Assembly (NCBI GenBank): GCA_009691445.1
Contig: SICL01000007.1
Span: forward strand, 6,916 to 70,915
Length of the DNA: 64,000 bases
Direction: 5' to 3'
Origin: Candidatus Taenariivivens baikalensis
Lineage (GTDB): Bacteria > Omnitrophota > Omnitrophia > Omnitrophales > Aquincolibacteriaceae
Shown here piece after piece: positions 29,761-38,059 of the stretch. Numbering within the stretch: the stretch's first letter is position 1; every line of letters begins with the position of its first letter. The position numbers were made by a program, and so were the translations under genes. Below the pieces are notes generated by a model. That model saw only the letters and a program-made list of their open reading frames with translations, searched no databases and was not told where the DNA came from.

Positions 29761-29839
29761 GTCATCGCGAGGAGGCCAAAGGTCGACGCGGCGATCCCGG
29801 TTTGAGATTGCCGCGCTCGCTTTGCTCCCTCACAATGAC
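29761..29839. repeat. Nested palindromic intergenic repeat, copy R4 (GTCATCGCGAGGAGGCCAAAGGTCGACGCGGCGATCCCGGTTTGAGATTGCCGCGCTCGCTTTGCTCCCTCACAATGAC)
   Basis: Read directly from the sequence. It lies immediately 5' of the start of gene 28210..29739 on the transcribed strand. Confidence 0.75.
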
Positions 29840-29881
29840 ACACGTCTACGTGGTTCACCGAAGCCTTTCGATTCATTTTCA

Positions 29882-30862
29882 TCACGGCTTCACCTTATTT
29901 TCACGGCATCCCACAAGTTCAACCGTAATCATTCCGGTAAGAGCTACCCAGGGATGAAAAGGCTCCCCTTTAACTTCAAAAGTCCGCATGTCTCCGGACA
30001 CCGGCATGGGCATGTTCATACGTCCAATCGAACTCACTTTCGCGGAGGTAATCACAAGCTCTGCAATATCCTGACCCTTTCGATGCGTCAACGTCGCGTG
30101 ACTCACAGCTTCTACGGTCCCGTCGCGGCCTTTCATATGATAGATCCATTCTCCGCTCCACTTAGCTTCACTCAATTCCTTGCCTGAACTTTCCAGATTC
30201 AGATGAGCTTCTTCATCAATCGTTCCGGCGTCATAATCCGTTTCAAATTTGTGAGAATAATGATAATTAATTTTAGATTTCCAACCGAAACTGCATTCCA
30301 ATTCCTGGGTCAGCTCCCGCATGGAGCTATATTCATTTCCACTGTTAGTCATAAAAAATCCGGTTTTCCGAACCGCCTCAAGCGCCGTCATAAGACTCTC
30401 TTTGGAATCCCCTCTCTTAAGGTCTTCCAGTGCGTGCTTGCGCGCCTGTTCAAGCTCAGCCTCAATCGCGCGTCCTTCCGCCGTTTGCAAAAAAGCTTCG
30501 GTCGGCTGAAAATATTTTTGAAACTTAACAAGTTCAAGGAATTGTGAAGTTGCTTGTGCGGGATCTGACAGGTAAGTTTCGTTAATGTCTTTGATTTTCT
30601 GCTGGATATACTGACTCATCTTTTCGAACAGATAAGTCCGGACAATTTTAGCCGTCATTTCGTTTAATTCCGCCAAATCAGCTTTGCGGGCAATGATGCC
30701 CATATCATGAAAATAAACTTCTGAGAAATTGGACTTGGCACGGCCCATCATCTTATCGACCTGACTCTGAATCTCTTGTTCATACTCCGCATAGGCATTC
30801 AGAGAAAGAAAAAATGCCGCAGCAACCAGGGGTAAAGTCAAAAAGAAGTATTTTTTTTTCAT
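29882..30862 (-). CDS. Hypothetical secreted protein (326 aa)
   Basis: Signal peptide MKKKYFFLTLPLVAAAFFLSLNAYA; no recognised motif. Confidence 0.5.
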   Translation of the reverse strand: MKKKYFFLTLPLVAAAFFLSLNAYAEYEQEIQSQVDKMMGRAKSNFSEVYFHDMGIIARKADLAELNEMTAKIVRTYLFEKMSQYIQQKIKDINETYLSDPAQATSQFLELVKFQKYFQPTEAFLQTAEGRAIEAELEQARKHALEDLKRGDSKESLMTALEAVRKTGFFMTNSGNEYSSMRELTQELECSFGWKSKINYHYSHKFETDYDAGTIDEEAHLNLESSGKELSEAKWSGEWIYHMKGRDGTVEAVSHATLTHRKGQDIAELVITSAKVSSIGRMNMPMPVSGDMRTFEVKGEPFHPWVALTGMITVELVGCRENKVKP

Positions 30863-30896
30863 ATCCCCTCAACCTTATATTAAAAAAGTTCTGCTG

Positions 30897-31601
30897 TTAA
30901 TTCACGCCAAGGTCTTCACTTCGGGGTGCCCCATGATCAAAATAATCCCACACGGGTCCTACGGGAAGCAGAACCTTCGTGTCGGAAAAATGAATCTCGC
31001 CAAGCTCGTCCACGGAAAAAAAAGAATCCGGCTGAATGGAGCTCACCGGGGAAGCTCTCACGAAGAATTGCGGCTCTTTGTTAAATTCTGCTTTTATCTC
31101 AAGAACACTAAAAAAATAATCCTGTTTGATGCCCTCGCTGAAACCACCCGGGAGCAGTTCTTCCTTGATCAATGTTTCCAGATCCGGGGCATAACGATCT
31201 CCGTATTTGGCGATATAAGCCGCTTGGGCATCATAGATCGCATGAAGCTGTTTGACCACAAAGCGATGCCGGATCTCCACGCAGTCCTTTGATCTCATAA
31301 AATCTTCTGCGGGAATCCTGATGACCTCGAAAGTCGCGCGATTCTTCAAAAGGATTCTTCCCGGTTCGAATCCCAACACTTCGTGATTTTCATAGTCATC
31401 GCCGATCTCGAGAAACTGATGGGCAATCATCCCCACGGAATTCTTCGGCTCAGTCGAATCAAATAAAACTGCTTTGAGAACATGTTCTGCGGGATAAGCA
31501 CCGGCCGAAACCGGATCCCAGGCCCCTAAAGAAACAAATGCCAGCGCCACGAATACCGGAACCCTGTAAAACAACGCCATTCTTTGCACTAGTAAAGCCA
31601 C
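30897..31601 (-). CDS. Hypothetical secreted protein (234 aa)
   Basis: Hydrophobic N-terminus VPVFVALAFVSLGAWDPVSAGA; no recognised motif. Confidence 0.45.
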   Translation of the reverse strand: MALLVQRMALFYRVPVFVALAFVSLGAWDPVSAGAYPAEHVLKAVLFDSTEPKNSVGMIAHQFLEIGDDYENHEVLGFEPGRILLKNRATFEVIRIPAEDFMRSKDCVEIRHRFVVKQLHAIYDAQAAYIAKYGDRYAPDLETLIKEELLPGGFSEGIKQDYFFSVLEIKAEFNKEPQFFVRASPVSSIQPDSFFSVDELGEIHFSDTKVLLPVGPVWDYFDHGAPRSEDLGVN

Positions 31602-32002
31602 TCGTCAAATTCCAATAAAATGGGCTCTTGAGGAAAAGGGAAAGTAGCAATCTCATAACCACCCACGACCGTCCGTTTGATTGCATTAAAAGAACCTTTA
31701 ATCGTCCCCATCATAAACGCTCCAATCCCCGCCGGACGATCGTCCTTTTTACGATCAGCGTATTCCTCTTTCACTCCCTGAGGAATTTCAAGCCGCGCCA
31801 AAAATAAATTCTGGAGCCCCCGCTCGAGCTTCACCCCCGCCTTCACCTCATAAGCCTCGGCCTTAAATCCCGATTGGGATTCTGGGATGATAAAACTCTG
31901 ATCCGAGGAGGATTCCATCCCGAAGGCAGTTGGCGCGGTTAAACAGCCGAAAAAAAAAAGGGGATAAAACCCTCGGAAACAGAATTGAAGAAAAGACTTC
32001 AT
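31589..32002 (-). CDS. Small secreted protein, paralog B (137 aa)
   Basis: Its C-terminal block KLERGLQNLFLARLEIPQG...GIGAFMMGTIKGSFNAIKRTVVGGYEIATFPFPQEPI aligns with paralog A. It has an N-terminal signal-like segment. Confidence 0.55.
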   Translation of the reverse strand: MKSFLQFCFRGFYPLFFFGCLTAPTAFGMESSSDQSFIIPESQSGFKAEAYEVKAGVKLERGLQNLFLARLEIPQGVKEEYADRKKDDRPAGIGAFMMGTIKGSFNAIKRTVVGGYEIATFPFPQEPILLEFDEWLY

Positions 32003-32382
32003 AAAACATCCCCCTGGATGGGCGAAAAAATAGGCGGTTGAGGCACAAAGCAGGTCACTATTTCATAAACGCCAACAATCGTCCTCCCTGCAAACCGAAA
32101 AATCCCGTAAGGAACTCCCAGTAAAACCCCTGTGACCACATGATTGCGCGGCCCCTCACTCATACGAATAGGGGTTTGAAGTAATTCAATCCATGCATAA
32201 AAGGCATTGGTAATTCCACGCACCAGCTTTGCGGAAGTATCTGATTCATACTGCCCGTAGGGATACATCGGTTCATCAATCTTGTATTCATATTTCGCGT
32301 AGGCCATGGAGAGGGCCGACACCACCCCCCACAAAAGGAAAATACTGATTTTTATTTTTTTAGTCGCCATATCTGTGTTCAT
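31999..32382 (-). CDS. Small secreted protein, paralog A (~127 aa from MNTDMATKK start; ORF-track uses upstream TTG at 32400)
   Basis: Signal peptide KIKISIFLLWGVVSALSMAYA. Its C-terminal block KLVRGITNAFYAWIELLQTP...GVLLGVPYGIFRFAGRTIVGVYEIVTCFVPQPPI aligns with paralog B (shared RGxxNxFxAxxExPQ ... GxxxGxxxxxxRTxVGxYEIxTxxxPQxPI). Confidence 0.55.
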   Translation of the reverse strand: MNTDMATKKIKISIFLLWGVVSALSMAYAKYEYKIDEPMYPYGQYESDTSAKLVRGITNAFYAWIELLQTPIRMSEGPRNHVVTGVLLGVPYGIFRFAGRTIVGVYEIVTCFVPQPPIFSPIQGDVL

Positions 32383-32393
32383 TATTCGGCATT

Positions 32394-32423
32394 TGCTCAA
32401 ATTTCATAAGCCTTGTATAATCC
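32394..32423 (+). promoter_or_regulatory. Candidate sigma70-type promoter (TTGCTC-N17-TATAAT) for plus-strand gene 32436..32888; near-leaderless
   Basis: ttgctcaaatttcataagccttgtataat, read directly. The perfect -10 lies 12 nt upstream of the ATG at 32436. It sits in a 36-54 bp divergent gap. Confidence 0.3.
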
Positions 32424-32435
32424 AACGTTTAGCTG

Positions 32436-32888
32436 ATGAAACCACTTCCTTTTTTTCTTATTCTTGCAATTTTCGCGATTGCTTCGCCCCCATGCCCTGC
32501 CAACGATTATCAAATATCCGACGAAAATGGCCAGGAAATCAAACTACCTCCATCGGTTATAATCTATACTCAAACCCATCCCGGAGGCTGGAAGAAAGAA
32601 GCAACCCTTCATGCTCCCAAGATTAAATCTCATATACGCTACTCCGGCCTGGAGCAGATACGGATTGTTACAATTGAAATCCCTCATCCCATGCAGGATG
32701 AAACATTAGGAGCTATCCAGAAAATCTACATTCTCGACAAAGACGCGCTTATCATTGGCTATCGTGAGTTCCATGCCTGGGATAAAAAAGCTACTTTTCT
32801 GGTGAAACTAAATGGCGTCATCAATTACATCAAGGTGTTCATTACCTGCTCGAAGCACGGCGATTGGCTCTCTGAAATCCGTTTTTGA
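32436..32888 (+). CDS. Hypothetical secreted protein (150 aa)
   Basis: Signal peptide MKPLPFFLILAIFAIASPPCPA; no recognised motif. Confidence 0.5.
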   Translation: MKPLPFFLILAIFAIASPPCPANDYQISDENGQEIKLPPSVIIYTQTHPGGWKKEATLHAPKIKSHIRYSGLEQIRIVTIEIPHPMQDETLGAIQKIYILDKDALIIGYREFHAWDKKATFLVKLNGVINYIKVFITCSKHGDWLSEIRF

Positions 32889-32958
32889 TTTTTGACTGCT
32901 TTTCATCAAAAGATTTCTATGATAAAGTGAGGTTCTTCCTTGGAGGGAATTCAAAATT

Positions 32959-34041
32959 ATGCTTAAGCTGATGCGGAAAAACACAAAAACAATTATCTGG
33001 CTCGTGATTATTACCTTCATGCTGTGGGGAGGATATGCCGTAAGCACCCAGTTTCAAAAACAAGGGCGCATTGCCGGAGAAATCTTTGGCAAAGAAATTA
33101 CCTACCAGGAATTCAATACCTTTTACCGGTCTAACCAGATTTTTTCCTTTGCCGGGAAAAAGCCTCCTGAAGATTCAAGCGTTCTTAATCTGCAAACCTG
33201 GCAGAGCCTGATCTACGCTTATGAAGCAAGAAATCAGAAGGTCAAGATCACTGATGACGAAGTCCGCGAGGAAATCATGCGGCTTCTCAAAGATCAAAAA
33301 ATCGAAAATCCATCTCCGCAGTTTTATGAGCGCTGGCTTCTGAGTTCTTTTGGATTCAGACCCAATGAATTTGAAAAACAGCTCCGGGAACTGCTCAGTA
33401 TCCAGAAACTCGTCAGACAGTTTAATGAGGCGGTTGTGGCAGAACCGTCCAAGGCAGATATTCAGGAACGTTTCGAGCACGAACATAACTCCTTGAATCT
33501 TGATCTTGTGGAGATCTCCAAACCCGACGAAGCTAAAGCCTTTTATGACAAAGTCAAAGCAAACCCGTCAGCTTGGGATGCCCAGATCAATGCCCATGCC
33601 TATAAAGTCCAAACCACGGGCAAGATCGCGCTCGATGCTGTGATCAATTTATGGCAGATTCCTAAAGATACCGCTTCCGGTCTTTTAAAACAGCCTGTCG
33701 GTTTCATCACTCCGCCTTTCCAGCGCTTTAATGCTCAATCGCTGGCGAGGATCAAAGGAAAAGAACTCGCGGATGAAAAGAAATTCACTGCGGAACTTAA
33801 AAAGCAGTATGGTGAGAATCTCAAAAATCAGAAAAAATATGAGCGATTTTTGAAATGGAATGGGGACCTTGAAACAAGGGCCAACCTGAAGGACTACACG
33901 CCTAAACCGCCTGCGGCTAAACCTGTTCCAGAAGAATCATCGTCCTCCCCCAAGGTCACGACGGCTCCGGCCGGGGTTTCCACAAAAACCAATGATACGG
34001 TTTCTAAGGTCGTTCAAACTTCCCAAAAAGGAAACGGGTAA
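32959..34041 (+). CDS. SurA N-terminal-domain periplasmic chaperone (PpiD/SurA-like, no obvious PPIase domain)
   Basis: The N-terminus [27 protein letters not shown] is a typical PpiD/SurA_N membrane-anchored start. GGAGGG lies 13 nt upstream. The C-terminus is Lys-rich and low-complexity. Confidence 0.55.
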   Translation: MLKLMRKNTKTIIWLVIITFMLWGGYAVSTQFQKQGRIAGEIFGKEITYQEFNTFYRSNQIFSFAGKKPPEDSSVLNLQTWQSLIYAYEARNQKVKITDDEVREEIMRLLKDQKIENPSPQFYERWLLSSFGFRPNEFEKQLRELLSIQKLVRQFNEAVVAEPSKADIQERFEHEHNSLNLDLVEISKPDEAKAFYDKVKANPSAWDAQINAHAYKVQTTGKIALDAVINLWQIPKDTASGLLKQPVGFITPPFQRFNAQSLARIKGKELADEKKFTAELKKQYGENLKNQKKYERFLKWNGDLETRANLKDYTPKPPAAKPVPEESSSSPKVTTAPAGVSTKTNDTVSKVVQTSQKGNG

Positions 34042-35105
34042 TGCCTTACAAGGTTTCAGAGCTTGCCCAGAAAGTTCAAGGCAAGGTTGTGGGAGATCCT
34101 GAGCTGATGATCTCAGGAATCACCAATTTTGAGAATCCAGGCGCAGGTCAAATTACTTTTATTCAGGAAGAAAAATTTCTTCCCGGACTGGAGAGTTCTT
34201 CCATTGCCTGCTTAATTGTTCCGGAGAAAATCTTAAGCTCCTCTAAAACTTTGATCCAGGTCAAGCATCCTAAACTCGCCTGGGCCAAACTTCTTTCTGA
34301 GTTTCATCCGCCTCGTCATTTTGTAGGAACGATTTCATCGCAAGCCTCCATTTCTCCCACCGCAAAACTCGGGAAAAGCGTAACGATTGAACCTTTTGCC
34401 ATCATCGGCAATCACGTTGAAATCGGAGACTACACGGTCATCCGTTCTCATACCTTTGTGGACGATCATTCCAAAATCGGAAGCCATTCCCTCCTCCACC
34501 CAGGCGTGATGATATATGATCACTCTGTCATTGGCTCCCGCGTGATTATTCACAGCGGCTCCGTCATCGGCTCCGATGGGTTTGGGTATGTGCCTACAGA
34601 AAATGCGCAGGAAAAAGTGCCTCAAGTGGGAAATGTGATTGTGGAAGATGATGTTGAGCTCGGCGCTTGCGTCACGATTGACCGCGCTACCGTCGGTTCG
34701 ACCGTGATTGGAAAAGGATGTAAGATCGATAACTCTGTTCAAATAGGCCACAATGTGACCATCAAAGAACACACGGTCATTTCCGCCCAAACCGGCATTT
34801 CTGGAAGCTGCAAGATCGGAAGCCATGTCACGATGGGCGGTAAAGCAGGACTGGGAGATCATGTCGAGATCGGAGATTGGACGGTAGTTGGAGCCGGGTC
34901 CGGTTTTCCTACAGGAAAAAAAGTTCCCGCTAAACAAATCGTATTTGGCCAGCCCGCAAGGCCCTACCAGGAAGCAAGAAAACAAATTGCCGCACAGCTT
35001 CGCGCCGCCGAAATGCTGGATGATATTCGAAAGCTGAAAAAGCAGGTCGCTCAGTTGGAACAAAAACTCAAAATCTCAGCCGTTTCTCCCGCCGATCAAG
35101 CTTAG
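34041..35105 (+). CDS. lpxD: UDP-3-O-(3-hydroxyacyl)glucosamine N-acyltransferase
   Basis: The N-terminal LpxD signature is [37 protein letters not shown]. Left-handed beta-helix hexapeptide repeats follow ([45 protein letters not shown]). There is a C-terminal coiled-coil tail [19 protein letters not shown]. The ATG overlaps the stop of the upstream gene. Confidence 0.85.
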   Translation: MPYKVSELAQKVQGKVVGDPELMISGITNFENPGAGQITFIQEEKFLPGLESSSIACLIVPEKILSSSKTLIQVKHPKLAWAKLLSEFHPPRHFVGTISSQASISPTAKLGKSVTIEPFAIIGNHVEIGDYTVIRSHTFVDDHSKIGSHSLLHPGVMIYDHSVIGSRVIIHSGSVIGSDGFGYVPTENAQEKVPQVGNVIVEDDVELGACVTIDRATVGSTVIGKGCKIDNSVQIGHNVTIKEHTVISAQTGISGSCKIGSHVTMGGKAGLGDHVEIGDWTVVGAGSGFPTGKKVPAKQIVFGQPARPYQEARKQIAAQLRAAEMLDDIRKLKKQVAQLEQKLKISAVSPADQA

Positions 35106-35678
35106 AAATTCTGCACGGACACGATCCATATTTCTGAAACTTCCAAGCATCGCACTCGTGGTCGTAAACGCTGTCTTCTGTTGAACTCCGCGCATGGCCA
35201 TACAAAGATGAAGTGCCTCAATCACCACTCCGACTCCCCTGGGTTTGAGCGCCGTCATAAGACAATTGGCGATTTCAGAAGTTAAACGTTCCTGCACCTG
35301 AAGACGGCGTGCAAAAACTTCGACAATTCTTGGAATCTTGCTCAGACCGACAATTTTTCCGTTGGGAATATAGGCCACATGCGCTCTACCGTAAAAAGGA
35401 AGCATGTGATGTTCGCAAAGGGAAAAGATCTGAATGTCTTTAACGACCACCATTTCGTCGTAGGGTTCATTAAAAACCGCATTCTTGAGAATGCTCTGAA
35501 TGTCCTGGCGATAGCCGTGAGTCAAAAATTTCAAAGACGCTGCGACACGGGCCGGCGTGCGGACAAGCCCTTCGCGGGAAGGATTCTCTCCAAGAAGCGC
35601 GATAAGTTCGTGGACATGCTTTTCGATTTTAGCAAGATCACTGGAAGGAGAACGAATCAGCTTCGTGGATTTTTTCAT
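35076..35678 (-). CDS. folE: GTP cyclohydrolase I
   Basis: The zinc-site signature is [46 protein letters not shown]. The 3' end overlaps the lpxD 3' end convergently by 30 nt. Confidence 0.9.
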   Translation of the reverse strand: MKKSTKLIRSPSSDLAKIEKHVHELIALLGENPSREGLVRTPARVAASLKFLTHGYRQDIQSILKNAVFNEPYDEMVVVKDIQIFSLCEHHMLPFYGRAHVAYIPNGKIVGLSKIPRIVEVFARRLQVQERLTSEIANCLMTALKPRGVGVVIEALHLCMAMRGVQQKTAFTTTSAMLGSFRNMDRVRAEFLSLIGGRNG

Positions 35679-36688
35679 GGCTGAACCGCAGAAAGTGACG
35701 ACACTAAAGATTCCGCCGCTTTTAAAAATGCCTTGGCTACGGGAGAATCCGGAGAAGAAATAACGACGGGACTTCCCGCATCTCCAGCCTTGCGGATAAG
35801 CACTTCAAGAGGGATCTCTCCCAAAAGCGGAACCTGATACTGTTCCGCTAATTTTTTTCCGCCTCCGGAACCAAACATTTCTCCGGTCATATTTTCGATA
35901 ACCCCGAGAATAGGCACCTGTGTTTTTTGAAACATCGCAATGCCTTTACGTACATCTAAAAGCGCGACTTCCTGCGGGGTTGTCACCATTACCGCACCCG
36001 TTAAAGGCACCGTCTGAACCAATGAGAGCTGAACATCGCCGGTTCCAGGAGGAAGATCCACGACCAAAAAATCAAGATTCCCCCACTCAACTTTTTGTAG
36101 AAACTGGGTCACCGCGCCGTGCAGCATGGGCCCGCGCCAAACCATCGGTTGATCCGCCGGCACCAGGACTCCCATCGAAATCATTTTAAGTCCATGCGCC
36201 TGGATTGGAATTAATTTTTCATCTTCGGAAACTTCGGGACGGACACTCGAAGGAACACCCAACATCATGGGAACATTCGGCCCATAGATATCCCCATCCA
36301 TGAGACCCACGCGATAGCCTAGCTTCAAAAGCGCGCAAGAAAGATTCACGGATACGGTTGTTTTCCCCACGCCGCCCTTGCCGCTTGAAACTGCAATCAC
36401 GTGCTGAACTCCGGGAAGCGGCGTTTTAGGCATAAAGGCCGCGCTTTGCCGTTCGGCTTTGGAAATTTCCACATGAACCTGCAAAGGCTGGACCGATGGC
36501 CGCAGCTTCTCCAAAATAAGCTCAGTGAGCTGCTGATGCATACGCTGAGAGCTCGACGTTACCGCTAAATAAATCGTGACGGCTTGGGATTCTACTTTAA
36601 TCTCACGGACCATCCCCAGAGAAACGATGTCCCGTTTAAGGTCAGGATCCTGGACTTGTTTAAGAAGTTCAAGAATTTTTTCTTTCAA
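35675..36688 (-). CDS. apbC: Mrp/NBP35-family Fe-S cluster carrier ATPase
   Basis: N-terminal DUF59-like [23 protein letters not shown]; P-loop [17 protein letters not shown]; ParA-type fold. Confidence 0.85.
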   Translation of the reverse strand: MKEKILELLKQVQDPDLKRDIVSLGMVREIKVESQAVTIYLAVTSSSQRMHQQLTELILEKLRPSVQPLQVHVEISKAERQSAAFMPKTPLPGVQHVIAVSSGKGGVGKTTVSVNLSCALLKLGYRVGLMDGDIYGPNVPMMLGVPSSVRPEVSEDEKLIPIQAHGLKMISMGVLVPADQPMVWRGPMLHGAVTQFLQKVEWGNLDFLVVDLPPGTGDVQLSLVQTVPLTGAVMVTTPQEVALLDVRKGIAMFQKTQVPILGVIENMTGEMFGSGGGKKLAEQYQVPLLGEIPLEVLIRKAGDAGSPVVISSPDSPVAKAFLKAAESLVSSLSAVQP

Positions 36689-37863
36689 GCGAACACCTCT
36701 TTTTTTGACTCGTCCTTACGATAGAAGACTCGAAGTTCTTGAACTGTTTTCACAAGAACTTCGATCAATGCCTGGATGTCTTCACGCGATGTTTCATGAC
36801 CAAAACTAAAACGAAGGGAAGCCTTGGCCTGGGTATCTGAAAGCCCCATCGCCTTTAAAACATGCGAAGGATCATTTGCCCCGCTCATGCAGGCGGAACC
36901 ACTCGAAAGACAAATCCCTTTTTGATCAAGCACCATTAAAAGCGATTCCGATTCAATCCCTTCAAAGCCCAGATTGCTCGTATTGCAAAGCCGCTCAGCC
37001 CCTTGCCCATTAAAAAAGATTCCGGAAATTCTTTGGCGGATTTCCTGTTCAAATTCGTCCCGAAGAGAAGCGATTCTGGAAATATTCTCTTGAAGCTGTC
37101 GGCTCACACACTGAGCGGCAGAGCCCATACCAACAATTCCTGGGACATTTTCTGTTCCAGCACGCCGCGCACGTTCCTGGGATCCTCCAAAAATCAAAGA
37201 TTGATACAGAACTCCGGAGCGCACATAAAGCGCACCGACACCTTTGGGACCATAAATCTTATGCGCAGAAAGCGAAAGATAATCCGCATGGAAATCCCGA
37301 ACTGAAAAGACATACTTTCCCGCGGCCTGAACTCCATCAATGTGGAAAGGAATCTGACGACTCATCAGCATCTCCCCTATCTCGCGGAAAGGAAAGAGGA
37401 TGCCAGTCTCGTTGTTCGCCATCATCAAAGAAACCACAGCGGTACGATCACTCACCGCTTTTAAGAATTCGGAGTAATTCAAATTTCCTAAATGGTCCAC
37501 CCCCACGTAATGGACTTGATATCCCTCTTTTTCAAGCTGCTTGCACACCTTGAGCACACTGGAATGTTCCACAACGCTTGTGACCACCTCGCGCCGGTTG
37601 GGATGAGAGGCAAGAGCTGAGCGAATTGCTGTATTATTGCTTTCAGTTCCTCCGCTGGTAAAAATGATCTCACTTTCATCACGGGCGTCTACCAAAGATG
37701 ACACCTGACGGCGAGCTTTTTTGATCGCATTTTTAGGAATATTTCCCAACTGATGTGTGCTGGAGGGATTACCAAAATGCTCTTGATAAAAGGGCCTCAT
37801 TGCCTCCCAAACTTCAGGGGCAACCGGGGTCGTTGCATTGTAATCAAAATATTTTGTTTTCAT
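36685..37863 (-). CDS. iscS: Cysteine desulfurase (IscS/NifS family)
   Basis: The likely start is MKTKYFDYNATTPVAPEV. The PLP lysine region is SLSAHKIYGPKGVGALYVR. The active-site Cys loop is SSGSACMSG. Confidence 0.85.
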   Translation of the reverse strand: MKTKYFDYNATTPVAPEVWEAMRPFYQEHFGNPSSTHQLGNIPKNAIKKARRQVSSLVDARDESEIIFTSGGTESNNTAIRSALASHPNRREVVTSVVEHSSVLKVCKQLEKEGYQVHYVGVDHLGNLNYSEFLKAVSDRTAVVSLMMANNETGILFPFREIGEMLMSRQIPFHIDGVQAAGKYVFSVRDFHADYLSLSAHKIYGPKGVGALYVRSGVLYQSLIFGGSQERARRAGTENVPGIVGMGSAAQCVSRQLQENISRIASLRDEFEQEIRQRISGIFFNGQGAERLCNTSNLGFEGIESESLLMVLDQKGICLSSGSACMSGANDPSHVLKAMGLSDTQAKASLRFSFGHETSREDIQALIEVLVKTVQELRVFYRKDESKKEVFA

Positions 37864-37978
37864 GATTTGAATAGGACCACGGTGATAGCAAACGCTCATT
37901 AATGTTCTATCTGAAACGGATCATAGGTGGGATGAATTATGCTTTTTTCTACCTTGAAGTCAAATGAAACTTGATCTG

Positions 37979-38048
37979 TCATTGCGAGCAAAACGAAGCA
38001 ATGTCTGCGCTTTAGATTGCCGCGGTCGCTATGCTCCCCCGCAATGAC
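37979..38048. repeat. Nested palindromic intergenic repeat, copy R5 (GTCATTGCGAGCAAAACGAAGCAATGTCTGCGCTTTAGATTGCCGCGGTCGCTATGCTCCCCCGCAATGAC)
   Basis: Read directly; it lies between the Wzc stop and the iscS start. Confidence 0.75.
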
Positions 38049-38059
38049 ACAGCTTGGCT

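Noticed and set aside
23276-29839. Possibility that the GTCATTGCGAG...CTCGCAATGAC elements are integron attC sites or a CRISPR-like array
   Set aside because: No GTTRRRY / RYYYAAC attC core sites and no intI-like recombinase in the window. The copies are not regularly spaced and have no unique spacers, so the element is not CRISPR. It is kept as a REP/MITE-like or structured-RNA repeat instead.
32888-32959. Possible promoter TTGACT-N20-TATGAT upstream of the SurA_N-like gene
   Set aside because: A 20-nt spacer is outside the functional 16-19 nt range; only the GGAGGG RBS is convincing, so no promoter is called.
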